A DNA stretch of 64,000 bases from an uncultured Bacteroidota bacterium (lineage in GTDB: Bacteria > Bacteroidota > Ignavibacteria > UBA10030 > UBA6906), in the NCBI GenBank assembly GCA_963700635.1, contig CAVOYH010000006.1, positions 96,001 through 160,000 of the forward strand, in the 5' to 3' direction. The position numbers and the translations under genes were made by a program. The notes below the pieces were generated by a model. The model saw nothing but the letters and a program-made list of their open reading frames with translations, made no database searches and was not told the DNA's origin. Numbering within the stretch: the stretch's first letter is position 1; each line of letters starts with the position of its first letter. This document shows positions 37,418 through 48,495 of this stretch, one piece after another.

Positions 37418-38692
37418 TCAGGCCTCACGATCTCTCCGCGTTTCCCAACTCCCCCACGCCATCAACAAGAGGGCCATTGCCGGGACGGCAATCAGCAATC
37501 CGACAAAGCCGAGAAAATATCCAAAGACCATAAGGCTCAGGATGAGCACCACAGGATGGAGTCCTACCTGGTGCCCGATGATCTTGGGAGCGAGCACCGT
37601 CGCCTCGAGGATTTTTTGACCGAGATACAGGATGACGACCCCGAATACTTTCGAGACCACCGGATCACCGCTGAACATGGCAACAAGCGACGCAACGATC
37701 AGGCTTACCACAAGTCCGACATACGGAATAAAATTCAGAATACTGGTCATGACACCCAGAACAAGGGCATACCGGACCCCGATGATCCATAAAGCGGTCG
37801 CGGATATCATGCCCTGAATGAGTGCGACTGCGAGCGCCCCGCGGAGATAGCCTCCCAGCAATCCATCAACCCGCGCCACAAACTCCCGCACCTGCGGCCG
37901 GCTCCGTATCGCAAAGAACCGGTAAAACCGCTCCCCGATCTGAGGGAAATCCTTGAGCACATAGAACACGAGAAACGGAATAATGACGGCGTTGATGACA
38001 TGCAGGGCAACCGATGTGATACCCGTGAGCAGGTCGATAACACCGTCGATGAGACTCCTGAATACATCTTCGAGCCGCGGGACGAGTTCCGAACTCAGCA
38101 TCTGTCGTACATTCGCCGCCGGTATTCCGAATGACTCGAGTGTCTCCGCGACGCTTCCTGAATCGAGCCACGCGGTGACCCCGGCCAGGAGAGTGCGCAT
38201 CCCCTGCAGGATTCCTTCGAACTGTACGAACACAATCGGAAGAACAAACACAGCGATCCCGGCAACTGCCCCCACGAGAAATATCACGAGGACCAGGCTT
38301 CCGGCCCAGCGCGGCACTCCCCGTCGTGCGAGCCGGGTGACAATCGGGTCAAGCACATAGGCCATCAGAAACGCGAGCAGGAACGGCACCAGAAGTCCGA
38401 AGAGCGTTACAAATGTCCAAAGACCCAGCAGCACGAGTGTCAGCGTGATCGATCGCCCGATCAGCACATGATCACGGTACGGGAGGAGGAAGAAGATCAC
38501 GAGTCCGGCCACGACAAAAGGGGAAAGTATGGATCGAACGGTGATGCCGACTGCGATCAGCGCGAGGACACTGATAAACGGAAGAAATATCTCGGAAACC
38601 GAAAAACTCCGTGAGGCCGGCGACAGCTGCGGGGGAGGTTCAGCGGGTATCGAAGGAGACGGTGGCAGTGGGCGTCGCCGGGGCATGGTCAC
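37418..38692 (-). CDS. AI-2E family transporter
   Basis: [37 protein letters not shown]. Confidence 0.9.
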   Translation of the reverse strand: MTMPRRRPLPPSPSIPAEPPPQLSPASRSFSVSEIFLPFISVLALIAVGITVRSILSPFVVAGLVIFFLLPYRDHVLIGRSITLTLVLLGLWTFVTLFGLLVPFLLAFLMAYVLDPIVTRLARRGVPRWAGSLVLVIFLVGAVAGIAVFVLPIVFVQFEGILQGMRTLLAGVTAWLDSGSVAETLESFGIPAANVRQMLSSELVPRLEDVFRSLIDGVIDLLTGITSVALHVINAVIIPFLVFYVLKDFPQIGERFYRFFAIRSRPQVREFVARVDGLLGGYLRGALAVALIQGMISATALWIIGVRYALVLGVMTSILNFIPYVGLVVSLIVASLVAMFSGDPVVSKVFGVVILYLGQKILEATVLAPKIIGHQVGLHPVVLILSLMVFGYFLGFVGLLIAVPAMALLLMAWGSWETRRDREA

Positions 38693-39132
38693 CTCCCGGT
38701 GTGCCCGAATCCACCGGCACCACGCGTTGTGCTTTCAAGTTCATCCTGCACAACCCAGTCGGCCCGCACAAACGGGGCGATCACCATCTGCGCTATCCGG
38801 TCTCCCCGCCTGACGACAAAGGGCTCTGTGCCGAAATTCGACAGGATTATCCGGACTTCTCCCCGGTAATCAGAATCAACCGTACCGGGCGAGTTGAGAA
38901 TGCCGACCTGGTGTTTAATTGCCAGGCCACTCCGCGGACGAACCTGCGCCTCGTAGCCGGCCGGCACAGCAATGGCAAACCCGGTCGGGATGAGGACCGT
39001 AGAAGCAGGCAGTATCACAAGATCGTTCTCGACCGCCGCGCAGATATCCATGCCTGCCGAACCATCAGTAGCGTAAGAAGGCAGGGGGATATCGGACATC
39101 GAGTGTGACAACCGTGTTATGCTGATTTTCAC
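38689..39132 (-). CDS. dut: dUTP diphosphatase
   Basis: [36 protein letters not shown]. Confidence 0.97.
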   Translation of the reverse strand: MKISITRLSHSMSDIPLPSYATDGSAGMDICAAVENDLVILPASTVLIPTGFAIAVPAGYEAQVRPRSGLAIKHQVGILNSPGTVDSDYRGEVRIILSNFGTEPFVVRRGDRIAQMVIAPFVRADWVVQDELESTTRGAGGFGHTGR

Positions 39133-40379
39133 GAAACCACCGGTTCCTGAACGTGTTTTGCAAACTCTTCCGGGAATCGTTTGATCGCGCTCTGTACGGG
39201 CCAGGCCGCGGCATCACCCAGAGCACAAATCGTGTTTCCTTCAATATTGTCTGCAATATCAAGGAGGAGTTCCAGGTCGGCCTGTGTGGCGTCGTTGGCG
39301 CAGAACCGGTTCAAAATCTTCTCCATCCACCCGGTTCCTTCGCGGCACGGTGTGCACTGTCCGCACGACTCGTGATGATAAAACCGCGTGATTCGGGTGA
39401 GAACCTGCACGAGATCGGTATCTTCATCCATCACAATAATGCCTGCTGTACCCACGGAGGATCCCGCGGCTTTCAGGCTTTCCACATCCATACAGACTCC
39501 CTCAAGGGCATCACCCCGGAGAACCATTGTGGAAGACCCGCCCGGTATGACCGCTTTGATGGCCTTGTTCCCGGGTACGCCGCCGGCGTAGATGTTGATG
39601 ATGTCCAGAAGCGGAACACCCGTGGGCATCTCATAGACGCCCGGTTTGTTCACATGTCCGCTCACCCCGACGAGCAGGGGGCCGGGGTGCTTTGACGCAC
39701 CGATCCCCGCATACGCTTCGGCACCAAGGCGGAGGATAATCGGCACGTTGGCAATTGTCTCGACGTTGTTGATCGTGGTCGGACATCCCCACAATCCATT
39801 CTGTGCGGGAAACGGCGGCTTCACGCGGGGATATCCCCGGTGACCTTCAAGAGAGTTCATCAGGGATGATTCTTCACCGCAGATGTACGCGCCGGCACCC
39901 CTGTGGATGTAGAGCTCTGTGTCGAATCCGGAACCAAGAATGTTCTTTCCGATATAGCCACGTGCATATGCGTCGTCCACGGCTTTTTGCACCAGGTCGA
40001 TCCAATGTTTGTACTCCCCGCGAACGTACAGGTACGCCGTCGTGATACCCATCGCGTAGCAGGCGATGATCGTGCCTTCGATCAGGAGATGGGGATTACT
40101 CTCAAATATCTGCCGGTCCTTAAATGTCCCCGGTTCGCTCTCATCCCCGTTAATACAGAGGTACTTGGGTTTTGTGGACTCCTTCGGCATGAAGGTCCAC
40201 TTGAGGCCCGTCGGAAAACAGGCACCACCGCGTCCGCGTAAGTTGGACCGCTTAACTTCATCGGTGATTTCTGCCGGGGCCTTGCTCAGGGCCGAGCGCA
40301 GCATGGCATACCCGCCATGTGCTTCGTAGGTGTCGATGTGATGAAGATCTTTTATCGGAGGGAGCAGGAGGGGTTCCAT
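39129..40379 (-). CDS. nuoF: NADH-quinone oxidoreductase subunit F
   Basis: [51 protein letters not shown]. Confidence 0.96.
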   Translation of the reverse strand: MEPLLLPPIKDLHHIDTYEAHGGYAMLRSALSKAPAEITDEVKRSNLRGRGGACFPTGLKWTFMPKESTKPKYLCINGDESEPGTFKDRQIFESNPHLLIEGTIIACYAMGITTAYLYVRGEYKHWIDLVQKAVDDAYARGYIGKNILGSGFDTELYIHRGAGAYICGEESSLMNSLEGHRGYPRVKPPFPAQNGLWGCPTTINNVETIANVPIILRLGAEAYAGIGASKHPGPLLVGVSGHVNKPGVYEMPTGVPLLDIINIYAGGVPGNKAIKAVIPGGSSTMVLRGDALEGVCMDVESLKAAGSSVGTAGIIVMDEDTDLVQVLTRITRFYHHESCGQCTPCREGTGWMEKILNRFCANDATQADLELLLDIADNIEGNTICALGDAAAWPVQSAIKRFPEEFAKHVQEPVVS

Positions 40380-40380
40380 G

Positions 40381-40869
40381 TTACTTGAGCTCCTTGAGCA
40401 CTGTGTCCACCCCCTCGGGATCGAGGTTTTCGTAATACCGATCGCCGATCTGCATGACAGGCGCGGTGCCACAGGAACCGAGGCACTCGGCTTCTACGAG
40501 GGTAAACCGCTTATCCGGCGTTGTCTCTCCCACCTTGATGTTCAGGCGGTCTTCAATATGGCGGACGATCCGCTCGCTGTTCCTCAGCATGCAGGAGACG
40601 TTTGTGCAGACCTCTATTTTGTGCTTCCCGACGGGCTTTCGGTTAAACATCGTGTAAAACGATACAACCCCGAACACGTGGTGGTCAGGAATACCCAGAA
40701 GCTGCGCGACGTACTGCATTCCTTTTTCGGAAATCCACCCGTGCTCCCCCTGCCACATCCAGAGCGCTTCGAGCACGACGGCCTGCGGGTGCGGGTACCG
40801 TGTTTTGAGTTCCTCTATCCGTCGGAGGTTTTCCTCCGACAACTGTTCCGGTTGTTGCGTAGTGTTCAT
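40381..40869 (-). CDS. nuoE: NADH-quinone oxidoreductase subunit E
   Basis: SFYTMF, VCTNVSC, ECLGSC [2Fe-2S] motif. Confidence 0.95.
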   Translation of the reverse strand: MNTTQQPEQLSEENLRRIEELKTRYPHPQAVVLEALWMWQGEHGWISEKGMQYVAQLLGIPDHHVFGVVSFYTMFNRKPVGKHKIEVCTNVSCMLRNSERIVRHIEDRLNIKVGETTPDKRFTLVEAECLGSCGTAPVMQIGDRYYENLDPEGVDTVLKELK

Positions 40870-40927
40870 AGGACCTTGTTGTAAACCGATGTACCCCCAA
40901 ACCCCGGGGCGTTCGGGGAGTGTCGGA

Positions 40928-42184
40928 CTATTTATCAGCTTCACCCATGACGGGATCGAGGCTGCCGATTACCGCCACGATATCAGAGATCATCCCCCCT
41001 TTGAGCATAATGGGGAGAGCGGAGAGATTACTCGTTGATGGAGAACGGATTTTCATCCGCCACGGATGCCCCGTGCCGTCGGAGACAATATAGAAGCCCA
41101 GCTCCCCCTTTGAGGATTCGATGGCGTGGTAAATTTCTCCGATCGGCGGATCGATGCCGATGTTGATCAACATAAAATCGTGGATCAACTCTTCCATTTT
41201 TGTGTACGTCTTTTCCTTCATCGGTAGGACGCGTTTGGTGTCAAAGGCGTTGTACGGACCCCCGGGGAGTTTATCGAGGGCCTGCCGGAGGATCCCGGCA
41301 CTCTCACGGATCTCCGCGAGGCGCACATAAAACCGTGCGAGGGCGTCGCTTTCGGGAAATGTTATGACAGAAAAATCAAGTTCGGGGTAGACGAGATACG
41401 GAGCATCACGACGCAGATCCCGGGGCACACCCGCCGCCCGCAGTAACGGGCCTGTAAGCCCCCAGGCGATCGCATCCTCACGTGAAATCCTGCCCACATT
41501 CTCGCACCGGTCGATAAAAATCCGGTTGTGCTGCAGCAACGATTCCGCCTCGCGTAAATCCGTCTCAAAGCCGTCAAGAAATGTCCGGAGCATCGTGGAA
41601 CAGAGCACAGGCCAATCCTGCTGCAATCCGCCGATACGCGTATAACTTGTGGTGAAGCGGGCACCGCACAGCACATCGTAGATATCCAGGAGTTTTTCCC
41701 GCTCCCGGAATGTCCAGAGCAGCACGGTTAACGCCCCGACGTCCATCGCCATGCTGCCGATCGCAACAAGGTGCGAAGCGACACGTGCCATTTCACAAAC
41801 GAGAACGCGGATAAATTGCGCCCGGCGGGGGGTTTCAATTCCCGCCAGCTTTTCCACGGCGAGGACATAGGCGACATTGTTGGATAACGGAGAGAGGTAG
41901 TCCAGCCGGTCGGTGTGTGGAATGAACTCATGATAGGTGCTGGCTTCCGCGATCTTCTCATACCCCCGGTGCAGATAGCCGAGTTCGGGCACTGCCGCCA
42001 GAACGGTTTCCCCGTCCAGTTTGATCAGCAGGCGCAGGACGCCGTGCGTCGCCGGATGCTGGGGTCCCATGTTGAGGATCATGGTGTTTTCCAGCGGGTC
42101 GTCCAGACTCACTGTCGTATCCTGGTCCTCCAACGCGGCAAGAATCTGGCTTCGCTGTGGATCGTCTGACGGTCGTAATGGCAC
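40928..42184 (-). CDS. nuoD: NADH-quinone oxidoreductase subunit D
   Basis: NMGPQHPATHGVLR, GYLHRG, DRLDY, ESSKGELG, SLDPVMGEADK. Confidence 0.96.
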   Translation of the reverse strand: MPLRPSDDPQRSQILAALEDQDTTVSLDDPLENTMILNMGPQHPATHGVLRLLIKLDGETVLAAVPELGYLHRGYEKIAEASTYHEFIPHTDRLDYLSPLSNNVAYVLAVEKLAGIETPRRAQFIRVLVCEMARVASHLVAIGSMAMDVGALTVLLWTFREREKLLDIYDVLCGARFTTSYTRIGGLQQDWPVLCSTMLRTFLDGFETDLREAESLLQHNRIFIDRCENVGRISREDAIAWGLTGPLLRAAGVPRDLRRDAPYLVYPELDFSVITFPESDALARFYVRLAEIRESAGILRQALDKLPGGPYNAFDTKRVLPMKEKTYTKMEELIHDFMLINIGIDPPIGEIYHAIESSKGELGFYIVSDGTGHPWRMKIRSPSTSNLSALPIMLKGGMISDIVAVIGSLDPVMGEADK

Positions 42185-42224
42185 GGATCAGTTCCGATGA
42201 TCGTAATGGTACTGTACCTCCCCG

Positions 42225-42707
42225 TCAACGCCGGGGAAGCGGAAGCGAATCTGGGATTCCCATCAGGGGGAAGTCCTTGCGTAACGGATGGTACTCAAAC
42301 TCCTCCGGCATGTACATGCGGCGCAGGTCGGGGTGTCCCGAGAACCGGATGCCGAACATGTCAAACGTCTCCCGCTCATGCCAGTTTGCACCCGGCCACA
42401 CACCCGAGACCGTGGGCACAACAGGATCCTGCTCTTCCACACGGACCTTCAGCCGCAGATACCGTTTGTACTGAAGAGAATACAGGTGATACACTACTTC
42501 GAACCGGCCCTCGGGCAGATACCGGTCGACAGCCGTGACATCGATGACCATATCAAACGCCAGGGACGGATCCGTCTTCAAGGCTTCGCAGACGCGTACA
42601 ATGTCCGGAAGCGCGACCAGCAGCGTGAGTTCTCCCCGGAATTCAGACGATGAAAGGACACTCCCGGGCACGAGGGTATTCAGTGTGTCAACCAGGCCGT
42701 CCATCAT
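42225..42707 (-). CDS. nuoC: NADH-quinone oxidoreductase subunit C
   Basis: [30 protein letters not shown]. Confidence 0.95.
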   Translation of the reverse strand: MMDGLVDTLNTLVPGSVLSSSEFRGELTLLVALPDIVRVCEALKTDPSLAFDMVIDVTAVDRYLPEGRFEVVYHLYSLQYKRYLRLKVRVEEQDPVVPTVSGVWPGANWHERETFDMFGIRFSGHPDLRRMYMPEEFEYHPLRKDFPLMGIPDSLPLPRR

Positions 42708-43228
42708 GAGACCGATTCCGGAATGGTGATCTGTTCTTTGCGGGAGCCTCCGCCACCGGCGTGTTCCCGCGCAATCTTTTTCTGAAGTTCGATCAGGGCG
42801 TGCAGAAGCGCTTCGGGGCGCGGCGGACAACCGGCCACGAAGATATCCACGGGAAGAAACTGATCAATCCCCTGCACGACGGAGTAGGAACGGAACATCC
42901 CTCCGGACGAAGCGCATGCGCCCATCGAAATGACCCACTTGGGATCCGGCATCTGGTCGTAGATCTTCCGGACCACCTTCGACATTTTATACGTGACTGT
43001 GCCCGCAACGATGATCACGTCACACTGGCGGGGTGTAAAGCGCATCACTTCGGAACCAAAACGGGCAATATCAAACCGTGGAGAAGCTGTCGCCATCATT
43101 TCGATCGCGCAGCATGAAATGCCCATCGGCATCGGCCAGAGAGAATTTTTTCTCGCCCAGCCGATCACTTCGTCAAGCCGTGTTGTCAGAAATCCGTCAC
43201 TCTGCAGCCGGTCCGGTCCCATCACCAA
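42704..43228 (-). CDS. nuoB: NADH-quinone oxidoreductase subunit B
   Basis: [18 protein letters not shown]. Confidence 0.96.
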   Translation of the reverse strand: MVMGPDRLQSDGFLTTRLDEVIGWARKNSLWPMPMGISCCAIEMMATASPRFDIARFGSEVMRFTPRQCDVIIVAGTVTYKMSKVVRKIYDQMPDPKWVISMGACASSGGMFRSYSVVQGIDQFLPVDIFVAGCPPRPEALLHALIELQKKIAREHAGGGGSRKEQITIPESVS

Positions 43229-43292
43229 CCCTCCCTCTCGTTCCCATTGCCCGCACCCGGGCGTCCATCATCCATTGGTAGTCCCACGGTTG

Positions 43293-43646
43293 TCATTTCC
43301 AGTCCATCCCCCCTTTACGCCATTCATAGATCAGGCCGATCACAAGGATAAAGAGAAACATCCCCATCCCGATAATGCCCGCGGCATCCAGAGTGCGGAA
43401 GACGACTGCCCACGGGTAGAGAAAGACGATTTCGATATCAAAAACGATGAAGAGCATCGCCACGAGATAAAACTTCACGGAGAAACGCTCCCGCGCGGTC
43501 CTGATGGGCTCCATCCCGCTTTCGTACGTCGAAAGTTTTTCCTCGGACGGTCGGCGTGGACCCAACCACCGGCTGATGTTTGTAAACACGACCCCGGCAA
43601 GAACGCCGATGAGGATCATGAACGAAATCGGGATGTACTGTTCCAT
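43293..43646 (-). CDS. nuoA: NADH-quinone oxidoreductase subunit A
   Basis: YESG, FYLVAMLFIVFDIEIVFLYPWA, YEWRKG. Confidence 0.95.
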   Translation of the reverse strand: MEQYIPISFMILIGVLAGVVFTNISRWLGPRRPSEEKLSTYESGMEPIRTARERFSVKFYLVAMLFIVFDIEIVFLYPWAVVFRTLDAAGIIGMGMFLFILVIGLIYEWRKGGMDWK

Positions 43647-43692
43647 TGTTCCTAACAAGCGTGGAGGTAGGAAAGTTTGCTTCCAGGGGGGT

Positions 43693-43721
43693 AATCTACG
43701 GAAAACACGCCAGAATGTCAA
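43693..43721 (-). promoter_or_regulatory. sigma70 promoter of the nuo operon
   Basis: TTGACA-17 nt-TAGATT on the minus strand. Confidence 0.65.
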
Positions 43722-43734
43722 CGAAACGAGGGGA

Positions 43735-45552
43735 TCAGCTGATCCCATCGTACATCGTATCGATCAGACGTCCGTACCGTTCTTCGACGACCTTGCGGCG
43801 TACTTTCTGGGTCGGGGTAAGTTCTCCCTCTTCGATGGAAAACTGCTTCTCCAATAGCGTGAACCGGCGCACCCGTTCGTAATTGGCCAGATCTTTCTGA
43901 ATTTTGTTGATTTCTTTGTCGATCAGCTCGTTTATCTCCGGCTCCTTCACGAGATCGGCGACAGAGGCATAGGTGATGTTCCGGGCATCGGCAAATTCCG
44001 CCAATGCGTCAAAATCGGGGACGATCAGGGCGGTGAGGAACATACGCCGGTCTCCGATCAGCATAAACTGCTCGATATATTTGTTGGAAAGGAAAAGATT
44101 CTCGATGGGCTGCGGGGCAATGTTCTTTCCACCCGAGCTGACAAAGAGGTGTTTCTTCCTGTCGGTAATATGAAGAAATCCCTCCGCATCGATATTCCCT
44201 ATGTCGCCGGTACGGAGCCATCCTTCTTCATCAATCGCTTCCCGGGTGGCCTTTTCATCATTATAATAGCCTTTCATGATGTTCGGACCCCGTGCCAGGA
44301 TCTCGCCATCAGAGGCAATCTTGATTTCAACTCCCGGAATCGGGTGGCCCACCGCACCAAACTTGTAATTTTCCAGTCGGTTTGCCGTGATGACCGGGGA
44401 GCTTTCGGTGAGTCCGTATCCCTCAATCACCTTGAGTCCCACCGCTTCAAAAAACTCTCCAAACTCTTTTGCGAGCGCGGCACCGCCGGAGACGAAGAAC
44501 CGCATTCTCCCGCCTGTCCGTTCGCGCAACTTGCCATACACAAGCTTGTCCGCAACCGCATGATTGAGCCGGAGCCCGATGGGAATGGAACCTTTGCGTG
44601 CCGCCCGGGCATACCGGTGACCTATGTCCAGCGCCCAGAAGAATATTTTCTTCTTCAGGGGGGAGCCGGCATCAACCTGTTTCATCACACGGCTGTAGAT
44701 CCGTTCGAAGAGCCGTGGGACGGTGGTAACGATTGTCGGGCGGACCTCGATCATATTGTCCCGCACGGTTTCCACACTCTCGGCGTAGGCAATCGTGGCC
44801 CCGCAGGCCATTGCGGTGTAATAACCGGCCATACGTTCAAAACTGTGGGAGAGCGGGAGGAAGGACAACATCCGATCCTGGGTGCCAAATTCGATCACTT
44901 CAGCCGAGGCGATAACATTGCTGACAAGGTTGTTATGCGTGAGCATGACGCCCTTGGGATTTCCCGTGGTTCCGGATGTATAAATAAGGGTCAGCAGGTC
45001 GTCCGGCTGAACGCTCCGGATACTCCTGGCGAGCAACTCGGGATCCTCTTTGCGCCGTTTTTCCCCCATCTCGTGGACTGAGGTCAAGCCAATAGTGTCC
45101 GGTTCGGGTATCTGCCCCTTGTCACTGATGAGGATCACCCTTTCCAGCGTCTTGATGTCAGGATACACCCGCATCACCTTGTTCAGCTGGAACTGGTTGG
45201 ACACGATCGCAATTTTCACGCCGGCATCATTGAAGATATACTCGATCTGTTTGGCAGTCATTGTAGGATACAACGGCACCCCCACCGCGCCAAGAGCAAC
45301 AATGGCCTGATCGCTGATGACCCATTCGGGTCTGTTCTCAGATATGATTGCCACGCGGTCACCACGTTCGATCCCCAGGGCAGAGAGCCCGAACGCGAAG
45401 GTTTCGACTTTTGACCGCATTTCGCTGTAAGAGATCCCTTTGTACGATCCATCGGACTTGTACATCAACGCAGGCCGGGAATCCTTTTCGAATTTCTCGG
45501 TCAGTCGCTGGAACATTTCAGGGATCGTGCGGAACTCGACCGCAACTGCCAT
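43735..45552 (-). CDS. Long-chain fatty acid-CoA ligase
   Basis: IYTSGTTGNPKG, LPLSHSFER, EGYGLTES, LRTGD, SGGKNIAPQ, LTPTQK. Confidence 0.93.
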   Translation of the reverse strand: MAVAVEFRTIPEMFQRLTEKFEKDSRPALMYKSDGSYKGISYSEMRSKVETFAFGLSALGIERGDRVAIISENRPEWVISDQAIVALGAVGVPLYPTMTAKQIEYIFNDAGVKIAIVSNQFQLNKVMRVYPDIKTLERVILISDKGQIPEPDTIGLTSVHEMGEKRRKEDPELLARSIRSVQPDDLLTLIYTSGTTGNPKGVMLTHNNLVSNVIASAEVIEFGTQDRMLSFLPLSHSFERMAGYYTAMACGATIAYAESVETVRDNMIEVRPTIVTTVPRLFERIYSRVMKQVDAGSPLKKKIFFWALDIGHRYARAARKGSIPIGLRLNHAVADKLVYGKLRERTGGRMRFFVSGGAALAKEFGEFFEAVGLKVIEGYGLTESSPVITANRLENYKFGAVGHPIPGVEIKIASDGEILARGPNIMKGYYNDEKATREAIDEEGWLRTGDIGNIDAEGFLHITDRKKHLFVSSGGKNIAPQPIENLFLSNKYIEQFMLIGDRRMFLTALIVPDFDALAEFADARNITYASVADLVKEPEINELIDKEINKIQKDLANYERVRRFTLLEKQFSIEEGELTPTQKVRRKVVEERYGRLIDTMYDGIS

Positions 45553-45595
45553 GGGGGATTCCTGATTATTTGGAGAGTGGAGGGGCTAGGGTTCA

Positions 45596-45624
45596 AACAT
45601 AGGGCACAGGAAGGTCAAATGCAA
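45596..45624 (-). promoter_or_regulatory. sigma70 promoter for the acyl-CoA ligase
   Basis: TTGCAT-17 nt-TATGTT on the minus strand. Confidence 0.5.
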
Positions 45625-45706
45625 GATGTTAAATCAGATACGTGACCCGGAAAGCCGGCAAGCGCATAGTTCGTAAAAAAGAATCACTCCTCATGAAAAT
45701 TTTTAC

Positions 45707-45735
45707 TTGACTTATCCCCCCTTAGATTGTATATT
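45707..45735 (+). promoter_or_regulatory. sigma70 promoter for nrdJ
   Basis: TTGACT-17 nt-TATATT. Confidence 0.65.
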
Positions 45736-46027
45736 TTCCGCCGTGCTTCCCGGCGCGTTATACAATCGCAGGAAGTGAATGCCGGAAGTTATTACCGTTC
45801 ATTGTACTATAGATCATACCACCCACTCCGGGGCCCCTTAACTCTGGGAATACGCATGGTTCTCTGCGAAAACCACACCAGAAAGATCTCCCGCGCCCCG
45901 GCGATTCATTTTCGTGATAGTGTTAAGAATACAGTTGCGCATACAGACCCCCCGGGGGGGACTATACAGTCTGGGAATGCGTGAGCATTGTTTTGTTGAC
46001 GGTTTGCCCATCTACGTGGAGTTGTTC

Positions 46028-48388
46028 ATGGCTCGTAACCAACCAGTGTCCGGATCATCTATCAAAACCCGCGTTACGCCCGCGCCTCCTTCTTCCTTTC
46101 CGATGAATGAGACGGTAATGGACCTGGCGCTGGACTGCCGTGACTATTACGGCGACAATGAGCTTGCGGCAGATGTCCTTCGTTCCAAATACCTGGCTCC
46201 AAACGAACAGGGCCCCATGCACCTCTGGGACCGCATCGCGCGTGCTGTCGCATCAGTAGAGACTTCCGACCGTGAACACTGGCAACACCGATTTCTTGAA
46301 ATCCTCTTTGATTTTACATTCGTCCCGGGTGGAAGGGTGATGCACGGAGCCGGACGTGAAGATGCACGACGACGCCCCACGCTCTCCAATTGTTACGTCA
46401 TCCCGATTGAAGAAGACAGCATTGAAGGGATTTACCGTTGTTTGAGTGAATCGGCGATGGTCTACCGGACGGGCGGCGGCGTGGGGACGGATCTTTCAAC
46501 TCTCCGTCCGGAAGGGGCGCCCGTAAATGCAACGATCGACCATTCGCCGGGTGCCACCGCGTTCATGAACCTGTTCAGCGAAAGCACCAACACGGTTTCT
46601 CAGGCGGGTCGCCGCGGTGCCCTGATGTTAACCATGCGGGTCGACCACCCGGACATCGAGCGGTTTATCACCATCAAGAACGATCCCCGCCGCACCCGCG
46701 TCCAGCACGCGAATGTCAGCGTGTTGATCACCCATGAATTTATGGACGCCGTCACGAACGACCGGCCGTTCGATCTGCGATGGAACGGCAAGACCTATCG
46801 CACAGTCAACGCACGCGAACTCTGGTTCAAGATCATCAAAAGCGCTCACGCCTCCGCCGAACCGGGCATCATCTTCTGGGATACAATGCGGGATTACCAC
46901 AACGTCGAGTACGCCAATCCCCTCACCAGCACCAACCCGTGCGGCGAACAGCCCCTCGCATCATACACCGCGTGTAATCTCGGCAACATCAATCTGAACA
47001 AGTTCGTCGGGGCGGACGGAGAGTTTGAGTATGAGCGTCTTGCGGAGGTCACCCGTGTGGCTACCCGCTTTATGGACAACATCATCGAATACAACATGGA
47101 AAATCATGCGCTGGAGAAGATCCGGAAGGCCGTGGCTTCCGATCGCCGCATCGGACTCGGTATCACCGGTCTGGCCGACGCATTGATGCTCATGAAGATC
47201 CGGTACGATTCGCAGGCAGCGCTGGATGCAACCGATCGGATCATGCAGACCATTCGCGACGAAGCATACCGGACATCCATTGCGCTTGCGCGTGAAAAAG
47301 GCGCTTTCCCGCTCTTCCAGTGGGAAGGATACGCCCGCAGCAAGTTTGTCCAGTCTCTTCCACGGGACATTCAGGAGGATATCCGGAAACACGGAATCCG
47401 CAACAGCACTGTGCTCACCGTTCCCCCGGTCGGCACCGGCTCCATCGTTGCCCAGACAAGCTCGGGCATCGAGCCCGTGTTCTGCACGAGCTACCGCCGC
47501 CGGGTGAAGAACAATGACGGCGAAACGTTCTCTGAATACAAAGTCTTTCACCCCCTCGTGAAAAAACTTTTCGGCGACGATGTAAACCTCCCTGAGTATG
47601 TTGTCACCGCACATGACATTGATCCGTACTTCAGGGTCAAAATGCAGGGAGTCATCCAGAAGTATATCGACAGCAGCATTTCCTCAACCGTGAATCTGGC
47701 GGAAGACGTGAGTGTTGAGACTGTCGGGGATATCTATCTGACGGCGTACAAGGCCGGCCTGAAGGGCATTACCGTGTATCGGGAAGGAAGCCGCGAAGGA
47801 ATACTGCAAACAGAGGATTTTGCGCGCAAACAGATCGGGCAGGACAAAGCAAAACCGGAGTCGCGCGCGGTGAAAGGGCCGCGCACACGCCCCGCGCGTA
47901 CCCATGGCGTCACCGAACGGGTGAAGACCGGGGAAGGTTACCTGTACGTCACGATCAATGAAGACGATTCCGGAATGTGCGAGATCTTTACCACGATCGG
48001 AAAAGCAGGCGGAAATGCAGCCGCCCAATCCGAAGCGATCTCCCGGCTGATATCCCTCGCGCTGCGGTCCGGTATTGAGCCACGGGAAGTCATCAAACAA
48101 CTCAAGGGAATATCCGGGCCCACGTCTGTCTGGGACGGACAGGGAGGCCAGATTCTCTCGACCCCCGATGCAATAGGGAAAGTACTCGAACGCTACCTGG
48201 ACGAGCGGGACGAAATCTTTGCCCTGCGCGCTGCCAAAACAAAGAAGGGTAAATCCCACGTATCCGGACTCCGTCAGCCAGACGGATCAAAGGCCGTCTC
48301 CGGCTCTACATGCCCCGAATGCGGCAGTACGGTGGAACACATGAGCGGCTGCGTCGTATGTTATCAGTGCGGTTGGTCGAAGTGCTGA
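46028..48388 (+). CDS. nrdJ: Adenosylcobalamin-dependent (class II) ribonucleotide reductase with C-terminal TSCPD and Zn-ribbon domains
   Basis: SNCYV, GGGVG, RRGA, TNPCGEQPL..ACNLG, PVGTGS, KGITVYREGSR; C-terminal CPEC..C..CGWSKC; no beta-subunit gene adjacent. Confidence 0.93.
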   Translation: MARNQPVSGSSIKTRVTPAPPSSFPMNETVMDLALDCRDYYGDNELAADVLRSKYLAPNEQGPMHLWDRIARAVASVETSDREHWQHRFLEILFDFTFVPGGRVMHGAGREDARRRPTLSNCYVIPIEEDSIEGIYRCLSESAMVYRTGGGVGTDLSTLRPEGAPVNATIDHSPGATAFMNLFSESTNTVSQAGRRGALMLTMRVDHPDIERFITIKNDPRRTRVQHANVSVLITHEFMDAVTNDRPFDLRWNGKTYRTVNARELWFKIIKSAHASAEPGIIFWDTMRDYHNVEYANPLTSTNPCGEQPLASYTACNLGNINLNKFVGADGEFEYERLAEVTRVATRFMDNIIEYNMENHALEKIRKAVASDRRIGLGITGLADALMLMKIRYDSQAALDATDRIMQTIRDEAYRTSIALAREKGAFPLFQWEGYARSKFVQSLPRDIQEDIRKHGIRNSTVLTVPPVGTGSIVAQTSSGIEPVFCTSYRRRVKNNDGETFSEYKVFHPLVKKLFGDDVNLPEYVVTAHDIDPYFRVKMQGVIQKYIDSSISSTVNLAEDVSVETVGDIYLTAYKAGLKGITVYREGSREGILQTEDFARKQIGQDKAKPESRAVKGPRTRPARTHGVTERVKTGEGYLYVTINEDDSGMCEIFTTIGKAGGNAAAQSEAISRLISLALRSGIEPREVIKQLKGISGPTSVWDGQGGQILSTPDAIGKVLERYLDERDEIFALRAAKTKKGKSHVSGLRQPDGSKAVSGSTCPECGSTVEHMSGCVVCYQCGWSKC

Positions 48389-48399
48389 CCGGACAAAGC

Positions 48400-48461
48400 A
48401 GAGCCGCAAAGCGAACAGAGAATAGACACATGGCACTCTTCTCTGTAGCCTTTGCGGCTCT
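48400..48461. repeat. Long imperfect inverted repeat (REP-like or bidirectional terminator) between convergent genes
   Basis: AGAGCCGCAAAG..ACAGAGAA / TTCTCTGT..CTTTGCGGCTCT. Confidence 0.6.
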
Positions 48462-48495
48462 CATGTAACCCCCCCCCTCCCGCAACAGCTCCGGA

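Noticed and set aside
45740-46027. Cobalamin riboswitch or NrdR boxes upstream of nrdJ
   Set aside because: Only GGGAA fragments are present; the B12 box and paired NrdR consensus sites were not found by eye.
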